Origin: Octopus sinensis
Taxonomy: Eukaryota
Reading direction: 5' to 3'
Length of the DNA stretch: 64,000 nucleotides
Assembly: GCF_006345805.1 (NCBI RefSeq)
Contig: NC_043008.1
Coordinates: forward strand, 45,632,001 to 45,696,000
Part shown: positions 1 to 15,285 of the stretch, piece by piece
Position numbering within the stretch: the first letter of the stretch is position 1
Layout of the letters: each line of letters begins with the position of its first letter
The notes under the pieces: model-generated
Database searches by the model: none
Told to the model about the DNA's origin: nothing
What the model saw: only the letters and a program-made list of their open reading frames with translations
Position numbers and translations under genes: made by a program

Positions 1-3000
1 AAACAACAGATTGATTCGGTCCACTAATTGATCTTCATAATTCCTTCCATATTTCGTCAAACATTCAGTAAAATTTTCTGTTAGCTGTTACCGTCGTGTA
101 TGAGGTACAGGTTTTGATTTCTTATTGCTTTTCGCTTAGAGAGAAGTGGTAAAAAGCGGTTCGATAAGTCTTGTACTATATTCAACATAAGCAAATTTTC
201 TGTTCAATACCACAATGTTTCGCTTTATGATTTGGAATTCAAAATTATCTGCAGCAATTTATAAAAATTTGCATGTGAATATCATGATTATATTTGCTCT
301 AGCGAGAATATGATTTTTCAAATTTACGTCATCTTTAGAAATGTAAAATAATTTACAATATTTCAACTGCGGGATTTCTTCATCTCCAGATTTTAAGAAA
401 GGAATTTCTTCCATAATGCATTTCATTTTATCCAGGATTGTGTATTGATGTCAGAAAGCAGAAAATACACATGTTAGACGCCATGAAAGAAAATTTCGTA
501 GAGAACTCAGAAAGTTCTTTACAAAAACAGTTCATATTTTCTCATTGTAGCTCTATATATTATTATAAAAACCCTGCATGGACTAATGTTTCTATCTGAC
601 TAGCACTTTATCGAAAATCTGTGTTCCGAAACAATTTTCTTCGTCACATATAAGCATTCATCAAAATCGTTAAACCTACGATAAGCTTCATCTAATCAAC
701 GAACATGGTTAAAAATGTAGCATTCCCTAAATCCATCCCGACAAAATTCGTTTCCTGAAAATACTGATCCAAAATTATCCATTTGAACTTAATACTCCAT
801 AGTCTTATTCGTTATCTAAATTTAGCGACGTCGAGATCAATGACTTTCAATCACCGTCATGCGATTCCCACGTATTCGGTAACGTTTTCAGGCAAATGGG
901 AAAATTCTACAACAATATAGAAATGTTCATTGTTCTTTTAATGCAAAACATACTAATATACATATTCTTTCGTGGCAAACTGCAACGCATGTTCCACTCT
1001 CTGAGGCTCAGTGCAATGTGTGCGGCAGTTACAGATTCAAAGGTTTTAATGATATTTGTTTCTGTATACTAAAGTACATTGGTGAAACATATGTAGCATC
1101 TTTACTTAGGGAGATGGAATTAGAGAAAGGATGCACACCTCTATCTACGCAGTCTGAAACTATAATAAATTTATTCTGTCTTAATAAAATAACAAAAGAA
1201 AAAAACTCATCTATTATGTTTACAAAGTATAAGGCAGGTTTGTAGTATTATACGTGATCGATAAGCCGGTTGGTAAAAATCAAAGTTGGTTTTAAAGCAA
1301 TGAGTGCTATTGATTATTTACCACATCTCAAGGTTAATGACAAACATCGCCATACAGGACATCACAATCAATAATATGCATTACTAAATAATATACTGCA
1401 AACAACTATCATCTTCACACACATTTTTATGTATTCAAACCCATCCATAAGGCTATAAGCATGAATGTGACTAAATGTATTTCCGTGTGTCAATACGTAT
1501 TCATTACCATCCACATGCATGTGTATATACATACATACATATACATATATATATATATATATATCACGCAGGGTACACACATCACACGCAGAACATACGT
1601 TATACGCGCACACGCACACACATATATATATATAACACGCACAATACACACATTTTATAGAAATATATATATCATAGACACATATCTATAAACCTGAAAT
1701 ATATTGATATATCTGAGACAATTAGTAACTCAAAATGTTTGCACAGATTTTATAAACTCGAGAAGTAATTAAGAGTGAATGTTTCTTGTGAACATTTCAC
1801 AGCGTCGACCTACTTTCCATACACAGAACACTGCGTCAGTTTACAATATTCAGTTTCAAGTATAGAATGGCTAAAAAAGTTGACTTCGAAACCGTGTACA
1901 GGGTTCGATTCCCTGTGGCAGCTTGTTGGCCACTTTTCTCCCCATTTTCCAAGGGTATTTCACTCGACGTTGTAAACTGTTTTCACAGCTATTCTGCATT
2001 TGAGACTGGATACCAATCATTCCACTCTGAAACTGGAAGCCAGATTTAACTAATGCTTATATACAATAACCCCCGGTTGCATATTCTTGATTTTTTGCGA
2101 ACAGCATTTGCCCAGATTATTGCGTAATTCTGAGCCTCCAGAAACAGCTGTTGGATCTGAAATACAATACCTGCTGCACTTAGTTTTCTGTGTATGTGTA
2201 CTCCGTGTCAATCTGGTCTGTTAGTTTATATCTATATATTCATACCTGAATGTTCATCGTCTGATTATCTTCAGTTATTGTCTCTATTACAAGTATATTT
2301 TTAGGAATATTTTATATATCTATCCCAAGTGGTCTTCTTTTCTTTATTTTCATCTTTATCTCTCTCTCTCTCTCTCTCCCTCTGTATACACACACACACA
2401 CACACATAATTTATATATACGTGTGTGTGTGTGTGTGTGTGTGTGTAAATCTAAATGACAGTTATGAAGATACTAACCAAAAGTTAGTAACAATATATTC
2501 GCATATTCTTCGGTTGAATGACCAAAGGGCCAAAATATTAAACTTTTCATTCTTCGAGAAAATTCATCGTTACACTATTCTACAAGTTCTTCTTTGCTGG
2601 GACTAATTGTAGACTGTTCTGAATATTACCGGTGTGATGGGGGTAAGCTTGTAATGATCGCAGTGGTCATGATTGTTGGTGCAGTTAATTACACTCATGG
2701 CTGATAGGTTGTTATATTTTATTTGAGAGTTGTCTATTTATACCTCTATAATTTAATGCAAATAATTGTTTATATTTCAGCTGACGTAGTTATTTGGTTC
2801 GTCTTAATAATCAAGCCAGTTGTTTGCTTCATTAATTTTGTTTCGTACAGAAATTGTTATTGCTTGAAGAAATCTGCCCTGTCGTATTTGTTTTTACGTT
2901 CCATTCTTTCAACATTATTTTAATCGACTGTAGAGATGGCCGAAAGGGATGAGATTAGCATGTATTGTGATAGTTCACAAATGCTGCAACAAGTAACCAT

Positions 3001-4269
3001 ATGGTAGATAACAAGAAGCAGAGGCAATTTGCACATTTAGTAGAAAATATATAAAAACTGACGTAATTACATAACAGTCCTACAGAAAGAGACAAAAGTG
3101 AATTATACAACCAGACTTCATCACTTTTGATAGGAGATATATTCAATGCTGACTCACAGTGTCTGCTTTTTTTTTGCTTTTTTGGCTGGTGCAAGCACTT
3201 TTATGAGTAGCTCTGTGGCGATGGATACAGACAGATTGTATACATCATGACAGACTTGGAGCAACAATATTACCTCACTGAGGACACGAACTGTAGCGAA
3301 TTGACTTGGAGAAAACAAGTGGTTTACTAATTACGCAAATTGATCAAAAGGTTAGTTAAAAAATCGATTATTTTACAGGCTACTTACTTACTTAACTAAT
3401 AAAAGAATAGAAATGGTGCGTCTGTATTATTGGCAAAACTGCCCTTGGAAACAGAATGTAAAGACAGAAAAAGTGTCACAAAGCATTTTGCCTGGTGTGC
3501 TATTTTTAACAATTTCATCCACATAGGTTCGTGGCACTTTGTTATGATGTGGCACCTTTCAGAAACACTGAAATTTCCTACGAGATAAAGCTATTTCTGG
3601 AATAAAGCAGAAGCACTGTCAGAATTCTGAGACTAGATGTTTAAACAATTTTCTTTGGCCGAAAAATAGCTGAGTGTACTTGTATGAAGAACAAAGAGAA
3701 CAGTGTACTCAATAAGAGCTGAATGACGGACGTCTCAAGTCAAACACAGCCAATCATTACTTAGTATTAATGAGCAAAGAGAATGACACCAAACCTATGC
3801 AATATTGTATATGAATACGAGCAGGGTGAAGTGGTTCAAAAGCTTGGCAAACCTGTTCAGGTGGTAATAAGTATTCGAAAAATATCGTCTAGATCTACAT
3901 ATTACGCCAATATACACATAGTCAAACAGCAATGGTTTAGCCTAGATGTATTTAGAATAATCACCAGCTTATCGGAAGATTTATAGAATTACTGGTATCT
4001 AGATGCGTGTTTCTTTTACTGTACGAGAACATTTCAGGGCAATGAGGAGTGGCGAGGTTTTTCGCGAATTATCGGGGGATTTGACAGAGATTACGACAAA
4101 ATCGACTTCAGCTAGCCTGTAACTTTTGTACGATCGACCTATTTCAGCCTTTCCTTCAGAAGTTGAATCGCTACACTATGCAGTGTAATCTCGGTGCTTA
4201 TTTAAACAGAACCGTATCAGAAGCCTTTAGTATCGCGTCCTTATGTACTAACGATATCTCTTTTCTTCT

Positions 4270-4990
4270 CTGCTGTATTTAACAATGAAAGCATTATTGC
4301 GCTGGTCGAAGACAATGAGGAACATGAGACTCGAAGATACAAGAAAAATGTATCCTAAATAGGTGCATGACATCATTATGGTGTTGGGAACAAAACTGGT
4401 GGTACTCAGCATCATACTGGAAGCGTTAGTACCAGGCGAGTAGAACAAGGAGAAGGGCTTTCAGTTCAGGCACTGAAGTAACAAGACGATGCTGGTCAGC
4501 AGCAATTTCTGTTGTTGAAAGGACGCTGTTATGAAGATGCTTGAATTTGTTTTGATTAGAAAATACTCTTGATAGCACCCTAGAGGATATAGCGAATGGA
4601 TGAAGTCGAATAATCTTGGTCAATGTTTTGCGACACTTGCTTCTGCAGCTCAACTGTTTTAGCGAACTGCAGTCCTGCGTGAAGTGTGAATCGAGACTGG
4701 GTTTTAGCATCTGGAATTTTGCTAGGGACTTGGGACTCTCCTAAGCAATACAGTTGACGGTAAGTTACAATCTGTCTGTTCTGGAGAGTGTGAGTGACTA
4801 TGACCTTAGAACTATTTTGAGCGTCAAGGAGGGTACCTCTTGAGAACTTTCATGTAAGTGTTTATAAAAGAATATTAAAATGTCCTCTGACCAAAGGTGC
4901 TGCTGATACATTAGAAGGACACAATATGAAATGCTGGTTCCGAATTTCTTCAAGTGGTGTCCTTCAACAGGAGACATTTTCATGTCCATG
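4270..4990 (+). pseudogene. Possible highly decayed hAT-type transposase remnant
   Basis: Broken frames give TRRCWSAAISVVERTL, IILVNVLRHLLLQLNCFSELQS and YEMLVPNFFK, resembling the TRW.. and N..S..LQS blocks of hAT transposases. Many stops; no TIRs found. Confidence 0.3.
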
Positions 4991-7805
4991 TTTTATTATC
5001 CATTATTTATATTGATTTCAACGTGGTTTTCATCGAGCTCATCCAACTAGCTTGTATCTCGTAAATCTACCGGCTCTAACTCATTGGTGTATGTAGTCAA
5101 TAAATGACAATTTCTTCTTATAATCGTCATTACCATTCCCATCTTGATTATTGCTGGTGTTACTTTGATATAAACTGACAGAAAGTGCGTCAGTCATGAA
5201 TCTGAGTTGTTTCCGATTCTCTTAATCCAACCATCTAATAAGGAAAGGCTTTTGGGGAACCTTATCTGTCCTGCAAACAACATATAGCCTTTATGGGACA
5301 TAAAACTGAAACAATTGTTATGACGATATAATAATGATCTGAACAACAAAAATAGTGTACGAGATAATAATATTTATTAGATCTTATTACTTTCACCTAT
5401 GATTTCGCAATGAAGAAAAATATTACATAATATCAACGGTACACGAAAGTGTGTCGTATATAGCGTTTCTGACAAGACGGATTTATTTTCCTTTAGAGAA
5501 GCAATGGTTTATAGATCGTAACCCGATGAAATAATCACCACAACCGATTTAAATTCTCATTAAGTCCATTTCACTTTAATTGTAGTTGTGAGAATCCTGT
5601 GAAAAGGCTGCTTATCACAAAATAGCATTATTAATTTTCTATAGCATAGGCCCGAACTTCTAATTATGAGATTAACGTATTCATTTTTATTATAACTACC
5701 CGAAGGTTGTGATGGTAATCGCGTATTTACTTGGAAACAGAAACCTTTATTTATCCATACCTTTGTCTTTATACTCTGCTGTTAACTGAAGCAATTCTGA
5801 CGTGAGCTTGTTTGAAACACAAAATTCAGTTTAAAAGTCCTGTTCGGGAAAATAACTTTACATCAACGACAGGATATGAACACAATTTATCTCCTGTCAT
5901 CGTTTTTATTTTATGTCGATGAATATGGAAATATATATATATATATATATATTGGTTAACTGCAACTTCATGTTAATACCTCACTGAAATTCATGCGATA
6001 TTTCTGACGATTGCAGAGTAATTTATATTATCCAATCTCTTGAGTAATAAATATTGTCACAACTTCATATTATTTTCTCATTAATATGGTGTTCAACTAA
6101 GAATATTTGCGTGCGTGAGTGTGACGGCATGCTTGCACATACTTATATATGGATATAAACATATAATGCAATTATTGATTTTATTAACGGGCTTAATTTG
6201 ATACGTAGATATTTCGATGTATCTTCGTTGTTGGGTAGCAAAAGTTAAAATTTGCTTTCGAAGATTATCAACATAAAGGTGTTGGATTAAAGCTGGAGAG
6301 CAATTCCCATGTCTGGATTCCTATTCAATATTCATATTGCAAGTTTTATGTTTAGAGAGTATTTTAATCGTTTGACTATTTCGAAAGCAAACGAAAAGCT
6401 TCGGAATTGACAATCCCGTTGTTATTACATGCGCTAAATGTTTTCTATATACTAACATGTAAAATTACGGGGTAATTTAAATAAAGTTAAGTATCTGAAG
6501 TGGAACTAGTATACATTATTATGTACGAAAACTACGTTGATCATATTGTAGATGAGAATAAAAAGAAAACATGAATAATCGTTCTGTTTCTAAATATAAT
6601 AATTGTTTCTTTAGAAGAATGTGAATATTAATGAGTGCTGATAATGTTATTGCACCATACAATTTAATAGTAATGTATAATGGATTGAGGTGACAATGTA
6701 CATATCTGGTATTAAGTGTGAAATCAGCTGCAGAGTGAAGTTAATCTCAGCAGGTTTATAATAGAGATTCACGGCATGAAATATTAGTTCGGTACATTGG
6801 TAATTTTGCTATACTAATTACGTCAGCTAAGCAGTAATAGCAGCAACAACGGATAAGTTCATTGTGTATATTACTTCAGGAAACTCATAAGTTGCCTTCA
6901 TCTCAATAACTCTGCATCTAATGATAATTTATCATGGAAACCATAGAGGCTTGCATAATTCCTTCAAGTGGAATAATTTAGAGCGACAACTCGATAATGA
7001 AATAGATTCTTCTATCCTGAATTAAATATCGCTAATATCAATATCTTAGACGTGATAAGTTGGTAGGCTTGATAGTTTACACTGAATCACCAATAAAGTT
7101 ACCAGGATGTTAAAGGGTACACTTTAAGTCAAGTGAAACAATTATTGCTTTAGTTGTAGGTTTTACGAACAAATTTCCTCATCCATTTACGTTTTATTGA
7201 TTTTACACATTCAATTGAAAATCTTATATTTCCACAATAGCCTCAACTTAAAAAAACAAAAACAAAGTAACATAGCAAAAAGGCGAAATGATGGTAAAAC
7301 AGAATATGATATGCATCACTTATTCTAAAAAAAAAACTGATCTACGTCACGATTTACTGAGCTTCAGTTAGAATGTATGGTTTATTTCTCTGGCATGTGT
7401 TGATGCCTAACAAAACTATATTGAAATATTTATTGGAATATTGCCATTTGGATATGTTGCATATATATTTAAAATTATTAACATTTTGTTTCACTTATAA
7501 CTCAAAACATTGTACAAAATAAACTGACCATAATCAAATATTTATGATTAACAATTTACAGATCTTGGCATAAAGACATTCGTTATAAGGAAAGCGAACG
7601 GTTAGTTGGCGCGTGGATATTGCTTTCATCTTGAAGCATTGATTGATGTAATTTACGTATATTTCAACAGAGACAATGTCTGTACAGTTATAGCAGCGGA
7701 GTGACTTATTCTATGATAATTTCCTGCCATATAGAAAGTTCGTTCTCATACCAAAGTTGCGGACTCGTTCAATGAGCAGCATGAGGCATAATCTTAGTAT
7801 GCGTA

Positions 7806-7894
<89 letters not shown>

Positions 7895-7992
7895 GATAGA
7901 TAGACAGATAGACAGATAGATAGGCAGATAGATAAATAGACAGATAGATAGATAGACAGATATATAGGTAGATAGATAGATAGATATATAGG

Positions 7993-8039
<47 letters not shown>

Positions 8040-8172
8040 ATAAATAGATAGATAGATAGACAGATAGACAGATAGATAGACAGATAGATAAATAGACAGA
8101 TAGATAGATAGACAGATATATAGGTAGATAGATAGATAGATAGATAGACAGACAGACATATAGACAGATATG

Positions 8173-8236
<64 letters not shown>

Positions 8237-8310
8237 CTGACAGACAGATAGATAGACAGATATATAGGTAGATAGATAGATAGACAGAGAGACAAACAGA
8301 CAGATATATC

Positions 8311-8357
<47 letters not shown>

Positions 8358-8372
8358 TAGATAGATAGATAG
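7806..8372. repeat. (AGAC)n/(AGAT)n tetranucleotide array ending in (TA)n
   Basis: Directly visible; source of the YLSI-repeat ORFs 7711-8436. Confidence 0.97.
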
Positions 8373-10318
8373 AAGGAAAAGAGATCAAAAGAGGGAGAGG
8401 GGAGATAACTAATATAGAAAGAGAGAGTCTAAACATTTTTCAGACCATGTTGTTAGTCATTGAAATATGTGTCAATAAGCACAGGATTGCATTTGTCATC
8501 CTTTAACTTGTTGCCCTCAAATATAGTATTTATCATTAATGATATCATCGTGAAAGATATTAAAATATCATTGATATATTCATATAAAAAATAGATTATG
8601 AGCTACTACACATCTAAAACAGAATTTTGTTCTGCTAATTTTCCCATCCCAACAATGTTTTCATCTTAAACTCAAAATGACAAATAGAAATCAGTGGCTG
8701 ATAGTCTATATTAATAACGATCCATCCATATGTAGATGCAATTGTCAGTGCAACAGAAAATAACCTATATTTTAATATTTTTTTGTCAGAAAATATAAAA
8801 CGAAACCACAATGTTTTATCATTTCATACTTCAGCCATGTCAAAAGAAAAAATCAAAACACAAATTCCCCATCATTGGATATCCTTCTGGACAAGATATC
8901 CGTGGCAGCACTAGATAACCAGTGGACAGAATATGTTGTGGGAATTATTGGATATTCTGACTACAGTATAACCAATACAATCAAATCCTGGGCTCGTATT
9001 CCCCTCGAAGCAAAATCATTGCATTCTCTTACTTTTTCACTTATCAGACTATGAACATATGGCAAACCACCTTTGAGATGTTTAAAAGTTTATATTGACC
9101 ATATGAACGAAAAAGAAAAAAAACGGTTTGAGTAAAAAGGGATGTAACTCTAACATGTTGATTAAATAGATTAATTGCCAAACAAACCGTTTAATGGAAA
9201 CAATTTATTGCCTTTTGCTGTATTTACTATTAAAGCCACTTTTTCAGAGAGAAAAAGGTTAATGGCACATAAAGAACACAATAACTGGGAAAGAGAAACA
9301 TCTTGACAGTTCCTCTCAATGGTTGACTGAGTAGAAGAGCAACCCCTACTTCCGATATCATGAAAGTATTCAATTTGACAGATATTACAAAATACTTGAT
9401 ACCCAGAAATCTTATAGACGGATGCTTTCAAAGAATTCTTGTTTATATGACATTTTAACGAATTTAACAGTTTTAACAGTCTTAAAGACCATACAATGTT
9501 TGGTTACACACGTGTCTGTGTGCGTGTGTGCATGTGTGCGTGTGTCTGCGTGATAGGTAGGTACAATAGTTCTCCGTGTGCAAACCAGATTATAACGAGG
9601 TGAAACTTAGTGTACACCCATGCTTTCCTAGATTTTCATGCTCGACCTATATTTGATTATAATAAGAGTTGCCTCCCTTGTCTATCGTACGCACTTTCAA
9701 GTTTTCAACCCAAGCTTATCCCATTGAATGCAAACAAAGTTTTGAGTAATTAAACATTTCCTGCCGGTCACATTAGCGATTATATTAATAATGTTGTTCT
9801 ACATTCAACCACACTTCATCTCAATTTTTGAAAAAAGGAATAGAAAATGATTTCTAACGTAAGAATAAGGTCATAAATTTTGAAAAAGTATAGTCATTAT
9901 CACTGCTTTACTTTGTCGAACAGAAAAGCATAAAAGGCAAATTGAAGAAAGCATAATTTCAATTAAGAGTATGAGTGGATGTGACATAACATAATACATT
10001 CCGCAAAAATTTGATCCAGCACTGTTGCGATTCTGATTATAAAGCAACCTGTTCTAATCCAAGAATTTGTAACCTAATATTTCTCAGCGGTGTAAAGTTG
10101 ATTGCACCTCACCTTTCCCAGTACTTTATTATATGAAAGCCGGAAGGATGAAAAGTAAAACTAATTTCGACGGTATAAGAACTCAGGACAGTTTAATTTT
10201 CGAAAGATAAAGGTTCTGGCAACACATCTCTCCAGGTAATATATTGAGCACTTGATGTCAAATGAGAAAAAAATGAAAAATTGTTATTGTACCAGGACCT
10301 TCATTGTAATATTTTCAA

Positions 10319-10500
10319 CTGGCAGAAACGTTAGCAGGCCGGGCAAAATGCTTAGTGGTATTTTGTCTGTTTTTACGTTCTGAATTCAAATTCCACCGAG
10401 GTAGACTTTGCCTTTCATCCTTTCGGGGGTCGCTAAATTAAGTACCAGTTGTCCTCTTTCCACAAATTCCGGATCTTGCGCCTAGAGTGGAAAAGAATAT
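10319..10500 (+). mobile_element. tRNA-derived SINE, family A (octopus OK-like, Deu/Nin-like central domain), partial
   Basis: ggcagaaacgttagc...gttctgaattcaaattccaccgagg..gactttgcctttcatcctttcggg matches the copies at 11488, 26760, 29672, 58360 and 58700. Confidence 0.8.
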
Positions 10501-11487
10501 TTTCAAATACCATAAGATATAAAAAAACAACTATCCTTTCTAAAGGCAGAAATATTAAGTTTCTAAGTGTTGGCGTTCTTTAGACCCAGATTATATCTGA
10601 TGTAACATGGAAGTGAAAAACTAGTAAATTCAACCGTGAACGTACACTTCGTTGGTGGAATCAAGTACTAATTATCTAACAGAACATTGGAAAAGGATTT
10701 CAGATTTGGCTGTTGTTTCTTGTAGTTCGAACGAATATACATAATCGAATTGCAGCAGTTGAGACGTTAGAGCACTGATATGCCTTAGACTTCTTTTGTC
10801 GGTTAGCTCATTCCTAGAATAATCTTAGCAAAATATACTTTTTAGTGTTACTGGATTAAATATAAGGAAAATATAGCAAAGCCTGTATATTTTTAGAGCA
10901 ATTCAATTAATTTCCTTATTTTAATTATAACCTTTCGTTTTTAAAATGAATGCATGAACTATTTGTTAATGCTGGTGAATCATATCAATGGCACCATGAT
11001 CGTTAAGATGAGTTATATTAACAGAGAGACAGGAAGTGGAAAAATACTCAGCTCTGTATATATACTCGAATAAGGATGTTTCTGTCTCTCCAGTAAAATG
11101 TCAAATAATGATGTTGACTATTAAATGCATATATTTTATGTGCTAGATAACAATCTGGTTTTAAAATCCTACTAGAATTACCCTTGTCTTTGTTTTATCC
11201 CTACAAATGCAATGACGTCATTCTAGCCATATTACAGTATCGATTTAATATATATTTGCCCGATAGATCTGGTGCTTATTACTAGCGAAATAAATATTAA
11301 GTGATAAATGGAAATACATACTCTCAAATACGGTTTGTAGAAAATCTAACTGGAATAAAATACCATATACAATGTTATAACTACACCATAAAATACCTCT
11401 AAAATAAATTAGAATTGCAAGAAACGATTCTGACTTAAATTTCAAAATACATAATAGATTATATCGTCTTTTAATATGAGGTGATAT

Positions 11488-11635
11488 CGAGGCCGACTTT
11501 GCCTTTCATCCTTTCGGGGTCGATCAAATAAATACCAGTTACGCACTGTGGTCGATGTAATAGACAATCCCTTTGTTTGTCCTTGTTTGTCTTCTTTATG
11601 TTTAGCCCCTTGTGGGCAATAAAGAAATAAATATG
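11488..11635 (+). mobile_element. SINE family A, 3' half
   Basis: gccgactttgcctttcatcctttcggggtcgat...tttagccccttgtggg aligns with 29760-29900. Confidence 0.8.
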
Positions 11636-13709
11636 AGGGGATTTCGTTAAGTCCATTCGGGAGAATTTCGTTCATGTAATCAGAAAAACACAATTTCAAT
11701 TTTAAATTATGTTGAACATATTTCTGCATCATATTTATGAATTCCTCTATAAAGTCAAATGAGCCCCAAAGTAATTCTAATGTATATTAAAGAAAGTAAA
11801 TAATTTATGATTACTGAAATCATTTAGTTTATACCTTAATCATTTTCGTTCAATTTCATGAAGTATGTTTGTTTATTGCTTCTAGGGTGTAGACAACCTA
11901 GAAGAATACTGGAAGAATAAAAGACTGGATAATCATTGGTAGAATGTCTGTGATCGTGAGTCTCCTAAATCACAACTAACAATCAGGCTAAACACAAGCG
12001 CAGACAAAATGAGACATATTCTTTGCTGATATTTTTACTAAAAGATCACACGCTGCTCTCTCATAGTTACGACAAATATGCGACATCGTTACTTTCGACC
12101 TACTCAACTGATTCAGCTATCAGCTGCTGTTGAAATACAATTTATATTATCTTGCTGCTTACTTATCTGAGCGTGGATTACCCTGCTACTCCACACGAAT
12201 GTCGGCTACCATTACTATATGCGTGATGCCCTTTTGTTATCGCTGTTACCAGACAACTGCTCCTCGAATGAATTTCTTACATAACGCCCATTAATAGAAC
12301 TATATGATACAACCTCAGTAATTACTCGATAGCTACTATGTTCGTTAGAAAGTGTTGACCTACTGATTCAGAAATTAAATATACCAGTATGGGTATTAAT
12401 TATTGATTCTTAGGTCACTCAATAACTTTTCACTTACATCCAATATAAAATGAAAGCGACGCTAGTTACAAACACGTTGGGCATCTGTTTTTATCCTATG
12501 AGATAACTTTTCCTAGCGGAGTGCAAACCAATACGAAATTTGCATAGTACATATACACCAAAGCTAAATATTGAACATAAACTGAGTAAGTAGCAGACTT
12601 CTTCCTTTGACCTGTCTCCGTGTATTGTCTACGGCAACCAGCTCGCACGGATCTTTTCACTTTGACCGGCAGATTTTAAAAATAATGTTTTTATAACTAA
12701 ACACTTCTAAACTTCGTATACTGGTAGAATGTGTCACATAAAACATCTTTTTCTCTGGGCGTTCTTGAGAAGATTCTGTAGTTTGTAAGCTATTTCTTGT
12801 TTAATTTCTTGTATTTCGGCAATTTAAACCAATCAATGACTCATTTAATAGCGTTTTTATATTAAAGTTCAACTCCTGGATATTATCTTCACCGCGGTGT
12901 AGAGTCTAAGCAAAATTTGCGCCTGCATGCCAAACCAGAAATTTCTAAGTACTTGTACATATAAATACATCATGTAATTGGGTGACCGTTGCTCCATCTG
13001 AGTCCATCCAACTTTTGATGAGCCTTGGTATTCTCCGGCAGTGCATCCGAGAACTATTCCGCTCACGAAGCAGGTTTTGTAGTGTCACTGGTTTAGCCGC
13101 TAATGACCCAGTTTTGCAACAGTTCTTACTGGGTTACATCTGTAGAACTCAAGAGCAGACTTTCTCTCTCATACGCACACATATAATCCATTGGTTTCGT
13201 TGATTGTTATTCGGTTGTTCCGTTACCTGAATTATCTTCCCATGTACTAAGCATAAGTGACTAAAAAGTATCCAGAGGTATGCCATTGGCATTCAAGTGG
13301 AAACGGCAGGATACAGCTTGACAAAATTGAACTTATACACCACAGGATTCCAACAGCTCGACGAATTTCTACACGGGTTCCACCGTCTCAATTTCATAGA
13401 CCAGGTTTGGGTTGACTTGAGTTAATGTTAAATGACGCTTGACCAAGATGATACGCATTGGTATGTAACCTAGGAATTTGTGATTTTGTACGAAATTCTT
13501 AACATATGAGTGTTTGTGTGGGAGTTAACCATATAATATTATAAACGAGGAAAATGGATTGAATGCGCCAAGGAAAACAACTGAAGGAACTGTCTTGACT
13601 TATTAATTTCATTGCTTTATGTCCTTACTACTAATCCTACACTTGACAGCTTACCTTTCAGTTATTGCTAATGACCAATCATGTAAATTACACAACTATG
13701 TCATATCCC

Positions 13710-13718
13710 TTATATATA

Positions 13719-13749
<31 letters not shown>

Positions 13750-14153
13750 ATATATATATTATATATACATTATATATACATATATATATATCATACATAT
13801 ATACATACATATATATATATACATATATATATATACATACATATATATATATACATATATATTACATACATATATATATACATATATATATACATACATA
13901 TATATATACATATATATATATACATACATATATATATACATATATATATATACATATATATTATATACATATTATATATACATATATATATACATACATA
14001 TATATATACATATATATATATACATACATATATATAACATATATATAATACATATATATATATATACATATATATATATACATACATATATATATACATA
14101 CATATATATATATACATATATATACATACATATATATATACATACATATATAT

Positions 14154-14198
<45 letters not shown>

Positions 14199-14310
14199 TA
14201 TATACATATGTATATATATATACATATATATATGCATATATATACATATATATATGCATATATATATGTGTGTATGTGTATATATATATTTATATATATA
14301 TATATGTATG
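13710..14310. repeat. Interrupted (TA)n/(TACA)n array
   Basis: Directly visible. Confidence 0.97.
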
Positions 14311-15285
14311 TTTTTTTCTGTTTTTTGTTCTTTTGCTTGTTTCAGCTTAGAGCAGCGGCCATGCTGATGCACCGCCGTTTTGTGCTACACTGTTATTACG
14401 AAGAACCTCCTCTAATATGTGGCACTTGCTGAAGAATGGAGTTTGACATAGCTACTCTCATTTGCACCTCTTGCCGTGAGATAGGTTCATCTGGGACTCT
14501 CGATAGGAAGATGTCCAGCTTTGATTTAAAAACCACTACATCTACTTGTGCAAGTTCCTCAGACTCTTTGGGAGAATATTAAAAACCCAGGCTGTTGCAG
14601 AAGCTGGTCTTGAAGCGTGATGACATTGCTGGGAATGTTAGCACAATGCAGTGCCGTCCCGTTCTAGCATTGGTGTAGCTTACACTGCCAAAATTTGGCA
14701 CACTTCCTTCCAGGATCTTCCAGACATATATTACTGCATACCTCTCCAGGCTTCTCTCCAGGGAGTAGAGTCTTAGCGGTTTCAACCTTTCCCAGTAGTT
14801 GAGCTGTTCCAAAGAGACGATCTTCTGTGTGAATCTTCTCTGGATTGCTTCAAGGTCCGCTGTTGATTGTATACTGGTGGGTGACCATAGCTGTGAGCAG
14901 TAATCCAGGCGGCTGAGGACGAATGTCCGCCAGAGGACCATGATGGTTTCCTTATGTCTGGTTCTGAATATTCTTAGGATCCACCCAGCCAGTCGTCTGC
15001 ATTTTGTCACCATCCTGGTGATGTGCACTTGGAAAGAGGTATCATCACTCACGTCGATACACAGGTCCCTCACAGACTTACGGTCTGGGATTAAAATTCC
15101 CTGTGGACCAGTGTATCCTGTAAGTTTAATAATCAGTTATGGATGCTGGTAGCGCAGGTCCTGGAATATTTCAGCATTAAAATACATATTATTATCCTCA
15201 GACCATCGCTGGGGTTCTGTATTTTCTGCGAGACTTTCGTACCGTCTGCATATCTTGCCAGAGTTGCTATCCGGGCATTTGTCAG
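14311..15285 (-). mobile_element. CR1/L2-like LINE, 5'-truncated copy A (RT C-terminus to 3' tail)
   Basis: Minus strand encodes YADGTK (degenerate YADD), RLDYCSQLWSP and LERSLERYAVIYVWKILEG; homologous to 39100-40075; A-rich tail. Confidence 0.93.

Noticed and set aside
7806-8372. CRISPR-like array
   Set aside because: A simple tetranucleotide repeat with no unique spacers, in a eukaryotic context.
8835-9054. Stop-free stretch of about 73 codons after a pyrimidine-AG
   Set aside because: No recognisable protein similarity and no supporting neighbouring exons.
12869-13203. Overlapping short ORFs in a slightly GC-richer patch
   Set aside because: All frames are interrupted and no family was recognised.
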